DNA from: Eledone cirrhosa
Lineage: Eukaryota
Direction of reading: 5' to 3'
Assembly: GCA_964016885.1 (NCBI GenBank)
Contig: OZ024742.1
Coordinates: 375,038,001 to 375,102,000, forward strand
DNA: 64,000 nucleotides
Of this stretch, positions 39,488 to 61,088 are shown one piece after another; positions within the stretch are counted from its first letter, which is position 1, and each line of letters starts with the position of its first letter. A program made the translations under genes and the position numbers. The notes under the pieces were generated by a model, which was given only the letters and a program-made list of their open reading frames with translations, did no database searches and had not been told where the DNA came from.

Positions 39488-42056
39488 ACTCTTTTACTCT
39501 TTTACCTGTTTCAGCCATCCGGCTGAGGCCATGCTGGGGCACCGCCCTTGTTGCTACACATTTTATCTCCAGCCTGTATAGGTTGGCCACTGGTGTAGGA
39601 GGGAGTTTGTTGCTGCTGCCCTTAGGTTTCCCTCGTGTCTTGCTGTGGGCTCATCCGGGATCCTGGATAACAAGGTGTCGAGATGTTTCTTAAAGACCTC
39701 CACCTCCACGTCATGCAAGTCTCGCAGATGCCTCGGCAGCCTGTTGAAGAGTTGAGGGCCCTTGAATCCCAGGCTATTGCAATACCTGCTCCTTATCCTA
39801 GATGTGGAAGACGGGACCTTTGGCACCACACAGTGACGTCCTGTTCGACGGTTGGTCCAGCTCCCAATGCCAAAGTTTGGTGCTAGTCCCTCCAGGATTT
39901 TCCACATGTAGATCACTGCGTATCTCTCCCGTCTTCGCTCCAAGGAGTAGAGGTTCAGTTCCTTCAGCCTCTCCCAGTAGCTTGTCTCCCTCATCTTGGC
40001 AATCCTCTTGGTGTAGCTTCGCTGGATTGCCTCAAGCTCTGTGGTTAGTTTGACACTATGGGGTGACCACAGCTGGGAGCAGTAGTCCAGGAGGCTTAGG
40101 ACAAAAGTCCTCCACAGTGTCAACATGGTGTCTCGATCTCTTGTAAGGAAAGTCCTCAAGATCCAGCCAGCGAATCGTCTACATGCTGTCGCCACCTTCA
40201 TGATGTGTGAAGAAAAAGATGCATCATCGCTCATGTCTCTGCCCAGGTCTCGTATCGATTTTGACACGGGGATATTGGTCCCTCCTGGTCCTGTGTAGCT
40301 GTGTTCCGCTATATTTGTGTTTGTGTTTGCAGGTTTGTATTGTAGGGCTTGGAATTTGCCAGCATTAAACTGCATGTTGTTTTCTTCCGCCCATCTGTAT
40401 ATGGCATCCAGATCCTGCTGTAAGAGGGCAGCGTCAGCCGGGTTTTTGATTGCCTGTGCTACCTTAGTGTCATCAGCATAGCTAGTGAGGGATGTTGTTG
40501 CATGCACCACAGAGTGCATGTCCGAGAGAGCCACCAAAAACAGTAGTGGTCCCAGGACTGTCCCCTGAGGCACCCCACTTATTATCGGTGTTTCCCTCGA
40601 GAGGCCCCCATTTGCTGCGACTGCATGGCTTCTGTCCCTTAAGAAGCCATGCAGCCACTCACCTACTTTTCCAGTTATGCCGAGTCCGTGTAGTTTGTGA
40701 CATATCATTCCGTGGTCGACCTTGTCAAAGGCCTTCGCAAAGTCAAGATATATCACGTCTACATGTGAGCTGTCTAGTAGTTGTCTCAGTACCCAGTCGT
40801 AGTGATGTAGCAGCTGTGTAAGGCAGCTTCTTCCTGGGCGGAAGCCATGTTGCGTGCTAGTCAGGCGGTCATTTTCTTCGGGGAAAGTGATTAGTTTCTT
40901 TCTGACGACTCGCTCCATGACCTTACTGATATGCGACGTCAGGGAGACTGGCCTATAGTTCTTGGCCTCCGCTCTACTACCTCCTTTATGGATAGGGCAT
41001 ATTGTGCCTTCTTTCAGCTCCCTGGGTAGTACACCGCTAGCCAAGGAGCTTCTGAAGAGCATCTTCAGTGGAGTTGCTAAGGCCCGCTTACATATTTTTA
41101 GGAGAACTGCTGGGAATCCATCAGGTCCAGCAGCCGAGTCTGTTCTAATTTCATCAATGGCGTACACCACATCCTCCTCCGTTATGTCTATGTGGTTGAT
41201 GGTTGCCATTTCTTGATGTAGTGTTGTGGCATCAAAGAAGTCCTCTGGCTTCGTTATTTGCATGTGCCTCAGTGGACATGTGAAGACACTTTTGTACTGT
41301 TCGTTCAGTATTTCACATATCTCTTGGGGATTTTCGGCTAATGAACCGTCCGTGTGGAAGAGTGGTCCAATCTTGCAGTGTACTGAGGCAGTTTCTTTTG
41401 CAAATTTAAAGAAGGCCTTAGGGTTTGTTTTAATGTTTTCTATGGCCCTGTTCTCTTTCCTTGCCCTCTCATTCTCATGTGAAAGCTTGAGTGCAATCTC
41501 GGTGTCAAGTAGTGCACGTTTCAAATAGGATTCCTTCTTGTTTTGGTTTTGTTGACTATTCAACTGGTTTGAGAGTTTAGTTCTACGTCTCATAAGGATT
41601 TTCCTATCTCTGGGAATAAGATTTTTGTGTCTGTTTGCCTCTTTCTCCGGGACACACTTTTTGCATATGGTGTGTATCGTTGTCATGAAGTGTTGAAATT
41701 GTGTGTTAGTGTCTTGTGTGGCGATGTTTGCACTCCATGTTTGCTTCCGGATTTTACTCTTAATCTTCTTCCAGTCAGTCCCGTAGAAGTTAAGGCTGGA
41801 TAGCGTCCCGGAGCTTCTTGGTGGTTTTGTCTCTGTTGGTTCTCTTGGACCACATATCATTAGCTCTACCAAGTTATGATCCGAGAGAATTGTTGGTGTC
41901 ACCTTTACATTGTGGATGAGCACTTCGTTGTTTGTAAAACAGAGGTCCAGGACATTTTCGCCTCTTGTTGGGAGGAGTATTGCTTGCTCCATGAACAGCC
42001 TGTGTGTGAGGGCCAGCAGGGATTCCGTCTGTCTCTGTTCTATTGACGTCATTCCA
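39488..42056 (-). mobile_element. 5'-truncated CR1-group LINE family B; open frame 39563 to about 42056
   Basis: [52 protein letters not shown]; 3' tail (GTAAAAGA)n. Confidence 0.95.
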
Positions 42057-42094
<38 letters not shown>

Positions 42095-42106
42095 CATATA
42101 TATATG

Positions 42107-42235
<129 letters not shown>

Positions 42236-42248
42236 GTATATATATATG

Positions 42249-42283
<35 letters not shown>

Positions 42284-42310
42284 GTATGTATATATATATG
42301 TATGTATATA

Positions 42311-42393
<83 letters not shown>

Positions 42394-42394
42394 G

Positions 42395-42447
<53 letters not shown>

Positions 42448-42448
42448 G

Positions 42449-42570
<122 letters not shown>

Positions 42571-42575
42571 TGTAC

Positions 42576-42695
<120 letters not shown>

Positions 42696-42696
42696 G

Positions 42697-45445
<2,749 letters not shown>

Positions 45446-45519
45446 TATATATATATATATATAAAATATTAAACAAATAATGAACAAACAATTCCTTATA
45501 TTAAACAAAAAAAGTTCAC

Positions 45520-45664
45520 TATTTAACGATCGTTTCTAGGGTATATATGTGCTATAATTGGTATGCATATTTAACAGATCTATGTACAAAATTATACAAA
45601 ATTATACAAATTATCAAGATTAAATATACATACCTAACTCATATATACGCCGTCTTCAGAAATA
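45520..45664 (-). ncRNA. Type I hammerhead ribozyme motif with a long helix II insert (probable remnant of another Penelope pLTR)
   Basis: Minus strand: UAUUU-CUGAAGA-CGGCGUAUAU...AUAUACCCUA-GAAA-CGAUCG-UU-AAAUA. Confidence 0.7.
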
Positions 45665-46443
45665 ATGAAGTATATTTATTGATAATAACAACAATTCAAA
45701 ATATCAGTTCAAAATTGACCAATGAAAACACAAAGGGTTAAAAAGCAGTTTGGTGTGTGTATATACATGTAAAACCCTACACACATTTTACAATAATGTG
45801 TGTATAATATGTATGTGCATACTAAAAAGATGGATGCAAATAAAAAATTTCAAGGTTAATATCTCTGTAAGCTTAATGCGCTGATAAGAAACGCAATGAT
45901 ACTTATGTAGTCAAGCATATAAATATATTTTTTTCATACTCACACATATCAGTATAATCACACATACATGTGCGTATATATATAAATATACACATAACCA
46001 CGAACACACAAACACACACACACCCCCCACTCACATTTATATATGTGGATATAAAATCATAAGCAAATAGAAATTAAGTCACTCACATAAACACACTGGT
46101 ACACACATTTCAAGATCAAGATACAGAAATTAGGTGGGAGGGGGGGGGGAGGGGTCAGTATTAGGTTGTCAGACCAGACAGCCTAATATAAATGTATCTA
46201 TAAATTATGAAAAATAAAAAAATAAAAACAATAAAATATATTACATATAATATAATGTACATACGCATACAGATATACATACACATACGTACATGTACGC
46301 GCACATAGAGATATCTACACATACATACATACACACATACCTATACTGTCATACACACACATACATTTACACGAACATACACATACACATATAAAAAGAT
46401 AAAAATACGGACACACACACGCGCAACACATACACACATACAC

Positions 46444-46475
<32 letters not shown>

Positions 46476-46535
46476 TACATACATATATATACACACACAC
46501 ACATAGACTCATATATATATACACATACATTTATC

Positions 46536-46595
<60 letters not shown>

Positions 46596-46599
46596 TATG

Positions 46600-46666
<67 letters not shown>

Positions 46667-46671
46667 GTATA

Positions 46672-47140
46672 TATAAAAACAAATAACGAAACGAAATTAA
46701 ATTTCGTTTCGTTTGTAACTCACTTTTGTATGACTGACGCTTAAACAATTAAGTTAAAAATGTACATCTACATATGCATACTGAAATACTAGTGTGTATA
46801 TGAATACACACACGTATACATATGTAGGTGTACCAAGTCTTTCACTGGTCGCTTTACAGTGAGCGGCCCAGCTATTCTGTATGTAAACACACAGACAAAC
46901 CGGTTTTTAGAGTCATACTGGTTTTTGGGGGGAACACCTTCTCTCCATTCTCCAGAAAGCCAGACAAGGAATATTGGACTAGTTTCGTTGTTGTTACAAC
47001 TCATCAGCAATATTTACCTATCTACCGGCCTTTCTGGAGAATTGTAAAAGCACATATCGTTATATGCTTTTTCTATGAAAATTAGTAGTGGGCAGACTAA
47101 TTTGCATAGAGTGTGAGTACGCACCGGTAACTTAATTGTA
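46672..47140 (-). mobile_element. Diverged single-unit relative of the 466-bp retrozyme
   Basis: Colinear blocks ATGCAAATTAG, TAATTTTCATA, GATAGGTAAA-HHR and a terminal TTTCGTTT..ATTTGTTT shared with the 59090-59550 unit. Confidence 0.75.
46970..47014 (-). ncRNA. Canonical minimal type I hammerhead ribozyme
   Basis: Minus strand: AAUAUUG-CUGAUGA-GUUG-UAACAA-CAAC-GAAA-CUAG-UC-CAAUAUU; all helices pair, GUC cleavage triplet. Confidence 0.92.
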
Positions 47141-47144
47141 TATG

Positions 47145-47444
<300 letters not shown>

Positions 47445-47445
47445 A

Positions 47446-47498
<53 letters not shown>

Positions 47499-47499
47499 A

Positions 47500-51250
<3,751 letters not shown>

Positions 51251-51256
51251 TATATG

Positions 51257-51349
<93 letters not shown>

Positions 51350-51350
51350 G

Positions 51351-51426
<76 letters not shown>

Positions 51427-51523
51427 TATTATATGTATATATATATATATATGTATATATATATGTATATATATATATATATGTATATATATATGTATAT
51501 ATATATATATGTATATATATATG

Positions 51524-51700
<177 letters not shown>

Positions 51701-51701
51701 G

Positions 51702-51892
<191 letters not shown>

Positions 51893-51893
51893 G

Positions 51894-52021
<128 letters not shown>

Positions 52022-52076
52022 GTATATATGTATATGTATATATGTATATATATATATGTATATATATGTATATATG

Positions 52077-52121
<45 letters not shown>

Positions 52122-52122
52122 G

Positions 52123-52153
<31 letters not shown>

Positions 52154-52172
52154 GTATATATGTATATATATG

Positions 52173-52205
<33 letters not shown>

Positions 52206-52458
52206 GTATATATATATATGCATATATATGTATATATGTATATATATGTATATATGCATATATATGTATATATGTATATATATGTATATATATATATATA
52301 TGTATATATATGTATATATGTATATATATGTATATATGTATATATATGTATATATATGTATATATATATATATATGTATATATATGTATATATGTATATA
52401 TATGTATATATGTATATATATGTATATATATGTATATATGTATATATATGTATATATG

Positions 52459-52489
<31 letters not shown>

Positions 52490-52490
52490 G

Positions 52491-52521
<31 letters not shown>

Positions 52522-52562
52522 GTATATATATATATGTATATATATATATGTATATATATATA

Positions 52563-54577
52563 TGAAGAGACCCTACCCCACGTAGACCCTATAGAGGGAC
52601 CAGCAGTACAAGTCAGCGGCAGCGTAGTAAGTAAGGCAATCAGAGATATGAAGATAGGGAAGGCAACCGGTCCATCGGGTATAGCTGCCGAGATGCTGAA
52701 GGCATCTGGGTCTGTAGGTCACACTATAACCACACGTATCGTTAACCAGGTAATACTAGAGGGGGCCATACCAAAAGATTGGTGCAGTAGCATCATTGTC
52801 AACTGCTACAAAGGTAAAGGCGATGCACTAGATAGAGGAAACTATAGAGGTATAAAGTTGATGGACCAGGTCATGAAAGTAACAGAAAGAGTTATAGCAC
52901 AGCTGATTAGGGACCGGGTGAATATAGACGAGATGCAATTTGGGTTTGTTCCAGGGAAAGGCACCACTGATGCGCTCTTCCTTGTGAGGCAATTACAGGA
53001 AAAGTACCTAGCTAAAAGTAAGCCACTCTACTTGGCATTTGTCGACCTTGAGAAAGCCTTTGACAGAGTTCCACGTGCAGTAATCTGGTGGGCTCTTAGA
53101 AAACTAGGAGTAGATGAATGGCTTGTGAAAGCGGTACAAGCCATGTATAGGGGAGCAGTCAGCAAAGTTAGGATTGGCAATGAGTATAGCGAGGAATTTA
53201 GCGTACAGGTTGGGGTCCACCAGGGCTCTGTTCTTAGCCCTCTCCTGTTCATCATAGTCCTGCAGGCAATAACGGAGGAGTTTAAGACCGGATGCCCATG
53301 GGAACTCCTGTATGCTGATGACCTCGCACTCATAGCTGAATCTATGGTAGAACTAGAGAATAAATTCCAAACCTGGAAGCAGGGACTAGAGAGAAAGGGC
53401 CTCAAAGTCAACATGACAAAGACTAAGGTCCTTATAAGTAGACGAGAAAACAGAACCCAGATCCCCTCAGGGAAATGGCCTTGCTCAGTATGTAGGAAAG
53501 GTGTAGGTAGGAACTCCATTCTTTGCCCCAAATGCAAACAATGGGTACACAAGAGATGTAGCGGGATCTCAGGAAGCTTAATTAAGAATGTAGGATTCAC
53601 ATGCAGCAGCTGTGCTGAAACAGCAAGCAAACAGCCACAGGAAACAAGTACCACCAATCTCTGGGAGGGCCCTGTAGAAACAGTAGACAGCTTCTGCTAC
53701 CTAGGTGACCGAATTAGCAACGGAGGTGGGTGCTCAGAAAGTACAATAACTAGGGTAAGAACGGGATGGAAGAAGTTTAGGGAACTACTACCACTGCTAG
53801 CTGCAAAAGGCTTCTCCCTCAGAATGAAAGGCAGACTGTATGATGCGTGTATCCGAACAGCGATGTTGCATGGTAGTGAGACCTGGGCGCTGAAGGTGGA
53901 AGACTTACGTAGATTAGAGAGAAACGAAGCCTGCATGCTCCGATGGATGTGTAACAGTAATATACGTGAACGACAAAGCATAAATGAATTGAGAGAGAGA
54001 CTGAGCATAAGAGGAATCAAATGCTGCGTGCAGGAGAGGCGGTTACGCTGGTATGGACATGTGATGCGTATGAAGGATGACAGCTGCATAAAAAGGTGCA
54101 GAGCACTAGAAGTTGATGGAAACCGCGGAGTGGGGAGACCCAAGATGACTTGGGATGAGGTGATAAAAGCCGACCTTACCCAACTACACCTCTCAAAGTC
54201 AATGACACACGACCGTGACTTCTGGCGTCACGCAGTAATACAGGGTACCCGACCTCCCATGGGTACATGCTGAAGCATATAAACAATATGCCCCCCCCCC
54301 CACCGCAAGGTGGTCGTGGAGGTGCCACGGCAAAAAAGCACCCAGCCCACACTGTAAAGTGGACGTGTAGGCGCCACGAAAAAGCACCCAGCACTCACTG
54401 TAAATGAGGTTGGTGTTAGGAAGGGCATCCAGCTGTAGAAATCAAGCCAGATCAGTTCCTGTATGAGCAAGGCATGGTCAGCCGACCAGACACTGCCCAC
54501 AACAGGACAACCCGTCTAACCCATGCTAGCGTGGAAGAACGGACGTAAAACGGTGATGATGATGATGATGATGATGA
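52563..54577 (+). mobile_element. 5'-truncated RTE-A copy (RT to 3' tail)
   Basis: Translation from EETLPHVD to RPPMGTC is identical to the 55550-58592 ORF; (TGA)n tail. Confidence 0.97.
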
Positions 54578-54579
54578 TA

Positions 54580-54642
<63 letters not shown>

Positions 54643-54663
54643 ATATGTATATATGTATATATG

Positions 54664-54716
<53 letters not shown>

Positions 54717-54725
54717 GTATATATG

Positions 54726-54756
<31 letters not shown>

Positions 54757-54764
54757 TATATATT

Positions 54765-55494
<730 letters not shown>

Positions 55495-55503
55495 GTATAT
55501 ATG

Positions 55504-55534
<31 letters not shown>

Positions 55535-55549
55535 GTATATATATACATA

Positions 55550-58500
55550 TAAACTCCGAGTTGGTACCATCAATGTAGGCTCAATGAAAGGAAGAGCAGG
55601 AGAAATCGTAGAAATGCTAGAGCGAAAGGAAGTTGATGTATGCTGTGTGCAAGAGACTAGATGGAGAGGAGGGTCTGCTAGAGTCCTTGTAGGAAAAAGC
55701 CAGTGCTACAAATTTTTCTGGGTGGGAAATGACGATGGGATGGGTGGTGTAGGTATACTACTAGCTGACAAGTGGGTAGATAAAGTAATCTCAGTGTACA
55801 GGGTAAATGCAAGAATCATTAAACTCAGACTAGTCCTGAATAAGACAATTACCACAATAATATCAGCTTACGCACCCCAATCGGGGCTGCCAGACGAACT
55901 TAAGGATAGGTTTTACGAGTCCCTAATACACACTACTGCTCTAACAGACGACAAGGACTTCCTAATCATTGCAGGAGATTTTAACGGACACGTAGGTAAA
56001 CACTGCGACGGCTTCAATAGAGTACATGGAGGCCATGGAGTTGGCACAAGGAATGAGGAAGGATTCAGACTTCTAGAATTCTGCGACGCCAATGACATGT
56101 CGATATGTAACACAAACTTTAAAAAACCCGACAACCACCTGATCACCTATAGATCAGGGGAGCACTCTAGTCAGTTAGATTTTATCCTCATCAGAGGACG
56201 TGACAGATGGACGGTCGTAAACACAAAAGCCTTCCCTAGTGAGGAATGTACATCCCAACATAGCTTAGTTGTCAGCGACCTCACGGTCAGAACTAGACGA
56301 GCCCTGAAACAGAGGCCAACCTGGAGAAGAAAGATCTGGAAGCTGAAAGTCCCCTCAACCAGTAACAGATTTAAAGATATTTTACTCAACGCCTACGACA
56401 GTAAAGAAGAACAGATAGAGACATTTAACGTAGAAGAGAACTGGGAGTTCCTAAAAAATAACTTACTAGAGGCGACGGATGAGGTTTGTCGCTGGAGTAA
56501 GACCTCAAGCAGGAGGAGAGTGACTTGGTGGTGGAACAATAAGGTAGATGAAGCAGTCAAGGCCAAGAGACAGGCATGGAAAGAATGGAAGAACGGGGGG
56601 AGCAGGGTACATTACATAGAGACCAAGAGGGAAGCTAGGCGACAAGTATACTTAGCTAGGAGGGAAGCAGAGGATAGAAAATTCAAGCATGTTTTACAAC
56701 GTGAGGACCAGAAACAGGAGGTATTCAAGATTGCGAGGCAGTGTGTCAGAGATAGTTGTGATGTCATTGGAGAGAAGTGTATCCGGAATGATAAAGGTGA
56801 GCTTGCCCTCACAAGTGCTGAGAAGAAAGATGCATGGAAGAGTCATTATGATAGATTACTAAATGAGGAGAATGCATGGGAAGAAGAGACCCTACCCCAC
56901 GTAGACCCTATAGAGGGACCAGCAGTACAAGTCAGCGGCAGCGTAGTAAGTAAGGCAATCAGAGATATGAAGATAGGGAAGGCAACCGGTCCATCGGGTA
57001 TAGCTGCCGAGATGCTGAAGGCATCTGGGTCTGTAGGTCACACTATAACCACACGTATCGTTAACCAGGTAATACTAGAGGGGGCCATACCAAAAGATTG
57101 GTGCAGTAGCATCATTGTCAACTGCTACAAAGGTAAAGGCGATGCACTAGATAGAGGAAACTATAGAGGTATAAAGTTGATGGACCAGGTCATGAAAGTA
57201 ACAGAAAGAGTTATAGCACAGCTGATTAGGGACCGGGTGAATATAGACGAGATGCAATTTGGGTTTGTTCCAGGGAAAGGCACCACTGATGCGCTCTTCC
57301 TTGTGAGGCAATTACAGGAAAAGTACCTAGCTAAAAGTAAGCCACTCTACTTGGCATTTGTCGACCTTGAGAAAGCCTTTGACAGAGTTCCACGTGCAGT
57401 AATCTGGTGGGCTCTTAGAAAACTAGGAGTAGATGAATGGCTTGTGAAAGCGGTACAAGCCATGTATAGGGGAGCAGTCAGCAAAGTTAGGATTGGCAAT
57501 GAGTATAGCGAGGAATTTAGCGTACAGGTTGGGGTCCACCAGGGCTCTGTTCTTAGCCCTCTCCTGTTCATCATAGTCCTGCAGGCAATAACGGAGGAGT
57601 TTAAGACCGGATGCCCATGGGAACTCCTGTATGCTGATGACCTCGCACTCATAGCTGAATCTATGGTAGAACTAGAGAATAAATTCCAAACCTGGAAGCA
57701 GGGACTAGAGAGAAAGGGCCTCAAAGTCAACATGACAAAGACTAAGGTCCTTATAAGTAGACGAGAAAACAGAACCCAGATCCCCTCAGGGAAATGGCCT
57801 TGCTCAGTATGTAGGAAAGGTGTAGGTAGGAACTCCATTCTTTGCCCCAAATGCAAACAATGGGTACACAAGAGATGTAGCGGGATCTCAGGAAGCTTAA
57901 TTAAGAATGTAGGATTCACATGCAGCAGCTGTGCTGAAACAGCAAGCAAACAGCCACAGGAAACAAGTACCACCAATCTCTGGGAGGGCCCTGTAGAAAC
58001 AGTAGACAGCTTCTGCTACCTAGGTGACCGAATTAGCAACGGAGGTGGGTGCTCAGAAAGTACAATAACTAGGGTAAGAACGGGATGGAAGAAGTTTAGG
58101 GAACTACTACCACTGCTAGCTGCAAAAGGCTTCTCCCTCAGAATGAAAGGCAGACTGTATGATGCGTGTATCCGAACAGCGATGTTGCATGGTAGTGAGA
58201 CCTGGGCGCTGAAGGTGGAAGACTTACGTAGATTAGAGAGAAACGAAGCCTGCATGCTCCGATGGATGTGTAACAGTAATATACGTGAACGACAAAGCAT
58301 AAATGAATTGAGAGAGAGACTGAGCATAAGAGGAATCAAATGCTGCGTGCAGGAGAGGCGGTTACGCTGGTATGGACATGTGATGCGTATGAAGGATGAC
58401 AGCTGCATAAAAAGGTGCAGAGCACTAGAAGTTGATGGAAACCGCGGAGTGGGGAGACCCAAGATGACTTGGGATGAGGTGATAAAAGCCGACCTTACCC

Positions 58501-58895
58501 AACTACACCTCTCAAAGTCAATGACACACGACCGTGACTTCTGGCGTCACGCAGTAATACAGGGTACCCGACCTCCCATGGGTACATGCTGAAGCATATA
58601 AACAATATGCCCCCCCCCCCACCGCAAGGTGGTCGTGGAGGTGCCACGGCAAAAAAGCACCCAGCCCACACTGTAAAGTGGACGTGTAGGCGCCACGAAA
58701 AAGCACCCAGCACTCACTGTAAATGAGGTTGGTGTTAGGAAGGGCATCCAGCTGTAGAAATCAAGCCAGATCAGTTCCTGTATGAGCAAGGCATGGTCAG
58801 CCGACCAGACACTGCCCACAACAGGACAACCCGTCTAACCCATGCTAGCGTGGAAGAACGGACGTAAAACGGTGATGATGATGATGATGATGATG
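55550..58895 (+). mobile_element. RTE-A LINE with an uninterrupted APE-RT frame, lacking its 5' UTR
   Basis: Starts at [12 protein letters not shown] directly after (TA)n; 3' UTR and (TGA)n tail. Confidence 0.97.
55551..58592 (+). CDS. RTE ORF: APE endonuclease + RT with an inserted PHD-like finger (native start missing)
   Basis: [29 protein letters not shown]; [41 protein letters not shown]. Confidence 0.95.
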   Translation, partial: KLRVGTINVGSMKGRAGEIVEMLERKEVDVCCVQETRWRGGSARVLVGKSQCYKFFWVGNDDGMGGVGILLADKWVDKVISVYRVNARIIKLRLVLNKTITTIISAYAPQSGLPDELKDRFYESLIHTTALTDDKDFLIIAGDFNGHVGKHCDGFNRVHGGHGVGTRNEEGFRLLEFCDANDMSICNTNFKKPDNHLITYRSGEHSSQLDFILIRGRDRWTVVNTKAFPSEECTSQHSLVVSDLTVRTRRALKQRPTWRRKIWKLKVPSTSNRFKDILLNAYDSKEEQIETFNVEENWEFLKNNLLEATDEVCRWSKTSSRRRVTWWWNNKVDEAVKAKRQAWKEWKNGGSRVHYIETKREARRQVYLARREAEDRKFKHVLQREDQKQEVFKIARQCVRDSCDVIGEKCIRNDKGELALTSAEKKDAWKSHYDRLLNEENAWEEETLPHVDPIEGPAVQVSGSVVSKAIRDMKIGKATGPSGIAAEMLKASGSVGHTITTRIVNQVILEGAIPKDWCSSIIVNCYKGKGDALDRGNYRGIKLMDQVMKVTERVIAQLIRDRVNIDEMQFGFVPGKGTTDALFLVRQLQEKYLAKSKPLYLAFVDLEKAFDRVPRAVIWWALRKLGVDEWLVKAVQAMYRGAVSKVRIGNEYSEEFSVQVGVHQGSVLSPLLFIIVLQAITEEFKTGCPWELLYADDLALIAESMVELENKFQTWKQGLERKGLKVNMTKTKVLISRRENRTQIPSGKWPCSVCRKGVGRNSILCPKCKQWVHKRCSGISGSLIKNVGFTCSSCAETASKQPQETSTTNLWEGPVETVDSFCYLGDRISNGGGCSESTITRVRTGWKKFRELLPLLAAKGFSLRMKGRLYDACIRTAMLHGSETWALKVEDLRRLERNEACMLRWMCNSNIRERQSINELRERLSIRGIKCCVQERRLRWYGHVMRMKDDSCIKRCRALEVDGNRGVGRPKMTWDEVIKADLTQLHLSKSMTHDRDFWRHAVIQGTRPPMGTC

Positions 58896-58903
58896 TATAT
58901 ATG

Positions 58904-58965
<62 letters not shown>

Positions 58966-58971
<6 letters not shown>

Positions 58972-60019
58972 CATGCTACTGTACGTCTGTATACATATAT
59001 GTATGTACGTATACATGCATACTTACATTTAAGTAAGTGCCATACTAAGAGTGAGAAATGAAATTTCGTTTTCATTTTGTTTCAATTTATCGTTTTCGGT
59101 ATGCCTGACCGATTTAACTCACTCAATATGCAAATTAGGCTGCTCAGCCGTTAATTTTCATAAGGAAAGTATATACTTTCGAACGTTCAACTATCTGGCA
59201 GATGGGTAAACGGTGCTGATGATAGCTAACAAGCTTGAAACTAGTACATCGTTCCTGTGTCAGTGTTGAACAAAAAGGTGACGTGGTTGCCTTAACACCG
59301 TATGGCATAAATTCAGGCTGTTCAGTTTGTTTACAAACGAACAAAGCGACGTTAGCGCCGCTAAACTGATACGTGCATATATGTATGTGTACCTGTATGC
59401 ATATATATGTATATATGTATATATATATATATATGTGCATGCTACTGTACGTCTGTATACATATATGTATGTACGTATACATGCATACTTACATTTAAGT
59501 AAGTGCCATACTAAGAGTGAGAAATGAAATTTCGTTTTCATTTTGTTTCAATTTATCGTTTTCGGTATGCCTGACCGATTTAACTCACTCAATATGCAAA
59601 TTAGGCTGCTCAGCCGTTAATTTTCATAAGGAAAGTATATACTTTCGAACGTTCAACTATCTGGCAGATGGGTAAACGGTGCTGATGATAGCTAACAAGC
59701 TTGAAACTAGTACATCGTTCCTGTGTCAGTGTTGAACAAAAAGGTGACGTGGTTGCCTTAACACCGTATGGCATAAATTCAGGCTGTTCAGTTTGTTTAC
59801 AAACGAACAAAGCGACGTTAGCGCCGCTAAACTGATACGTGCATATATGTATGTGTACCTGTATGCATATATATGTATATATGTATATATATATATATAT
59901 GTGCATGCTACTGTACGTCTGTATACATATATGTATGTACGTATACATGCATACTTACATTTAAGTAAGTGCCATACTAAGAGTGAGAAATGAAATTTCG
60001 TTTTCATTTTGTTTCAATT
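58966..60019 (+). mobile_element. Non-LTR retrozyme tandem array, 466-bp period (about 2.3 units; HHRs at 59209-59253 and 59675-59719)
   Basis: Apparently identical units; CTGATGA at 59216 and 59682. Confidence 0.9.
59128..59176 (+). promoter_or_regulatory. Candidate snRNA-type promoter inside the retrozyme unit (octamer, PSE-like block, TATA-like)
   Basis: ATGCAAAT 59128-59135, TAATTTTCATA 59152-59162, TATATA about 59170; first two blocks conserved in the diverged copy at 47074-47107 (minus). Confidence 0.4.
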
Positions 60020-60039
60020 TATATATATGTATTTATATA

Positions 60040-60086
<47 letters not shown>

Positions 60087-60117
60087 GTATATATATATAT
60101 GTATATATATATATATG

Positions 60118-60324
<207 letters not shown>

Positions 60325-60437
60325 GTATATATGTATATATATATATGTATATATATGTATATATGTATATATATATATGTATATATATGTATATATATAT
60401 ATATATGCATATATATGTATATATGTATATATATATA

Positions 60438-60915
60438 TACTACACCTCTCCAAGACAATGTCACTGGACCGAGACCTTTGGCGGTACTCAGTAACAGAGA
60501 AGACCCGCCTTACCTAAATATATAGTAAAACCTACTCCAGCCAGTAGGCATCTCTAACAAAATACACCCCGTCCCACCACCCCCGCCCCCACCCCATCCA
60601 CACCACCCCGTTCTATGTAAAGTTATGTTGGTGCCGCGCCAAATAGGCCGAAACAAATGAGATCGTGTAGGTGTCACGACAAAAAAACACACAGTCCACG
60701 CTGTAATGTGGCCGTGTAGGCAACACGGTAAAAACCTCCCAGACCCACACTGTAAATGTGGTTGGTGTTAGGAAGGGCATCCAACTGTAGAAAACCTGCC
60801 AGACAGTCCTATGCGAGCAAGACAATCACTCTTGCCTCAAGTGGGACTACCCCCGTCCAAACCCATGCAAGCGTGGAACACGGACGTTAAACGTTGATGA
60901 TGATGATGATGATGA
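60438..60915 (+). mobile_element. RTE-B 3' end
   Basis: [18 protein letters not shown], 3' UTR, (TGA)n. Confidence 0.94.
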
Positions 60916-61088
60916 TATATATGTATATATATATATGCATATATATGTATATATGTATATATATGTATATATGCATATATATGTATATATGTATATATAA
61001 ATATATATGTATATATATATATGTATATATGTATATATGTATATGTATATATATATATATGTATATATGTATATGTATATATATATAT

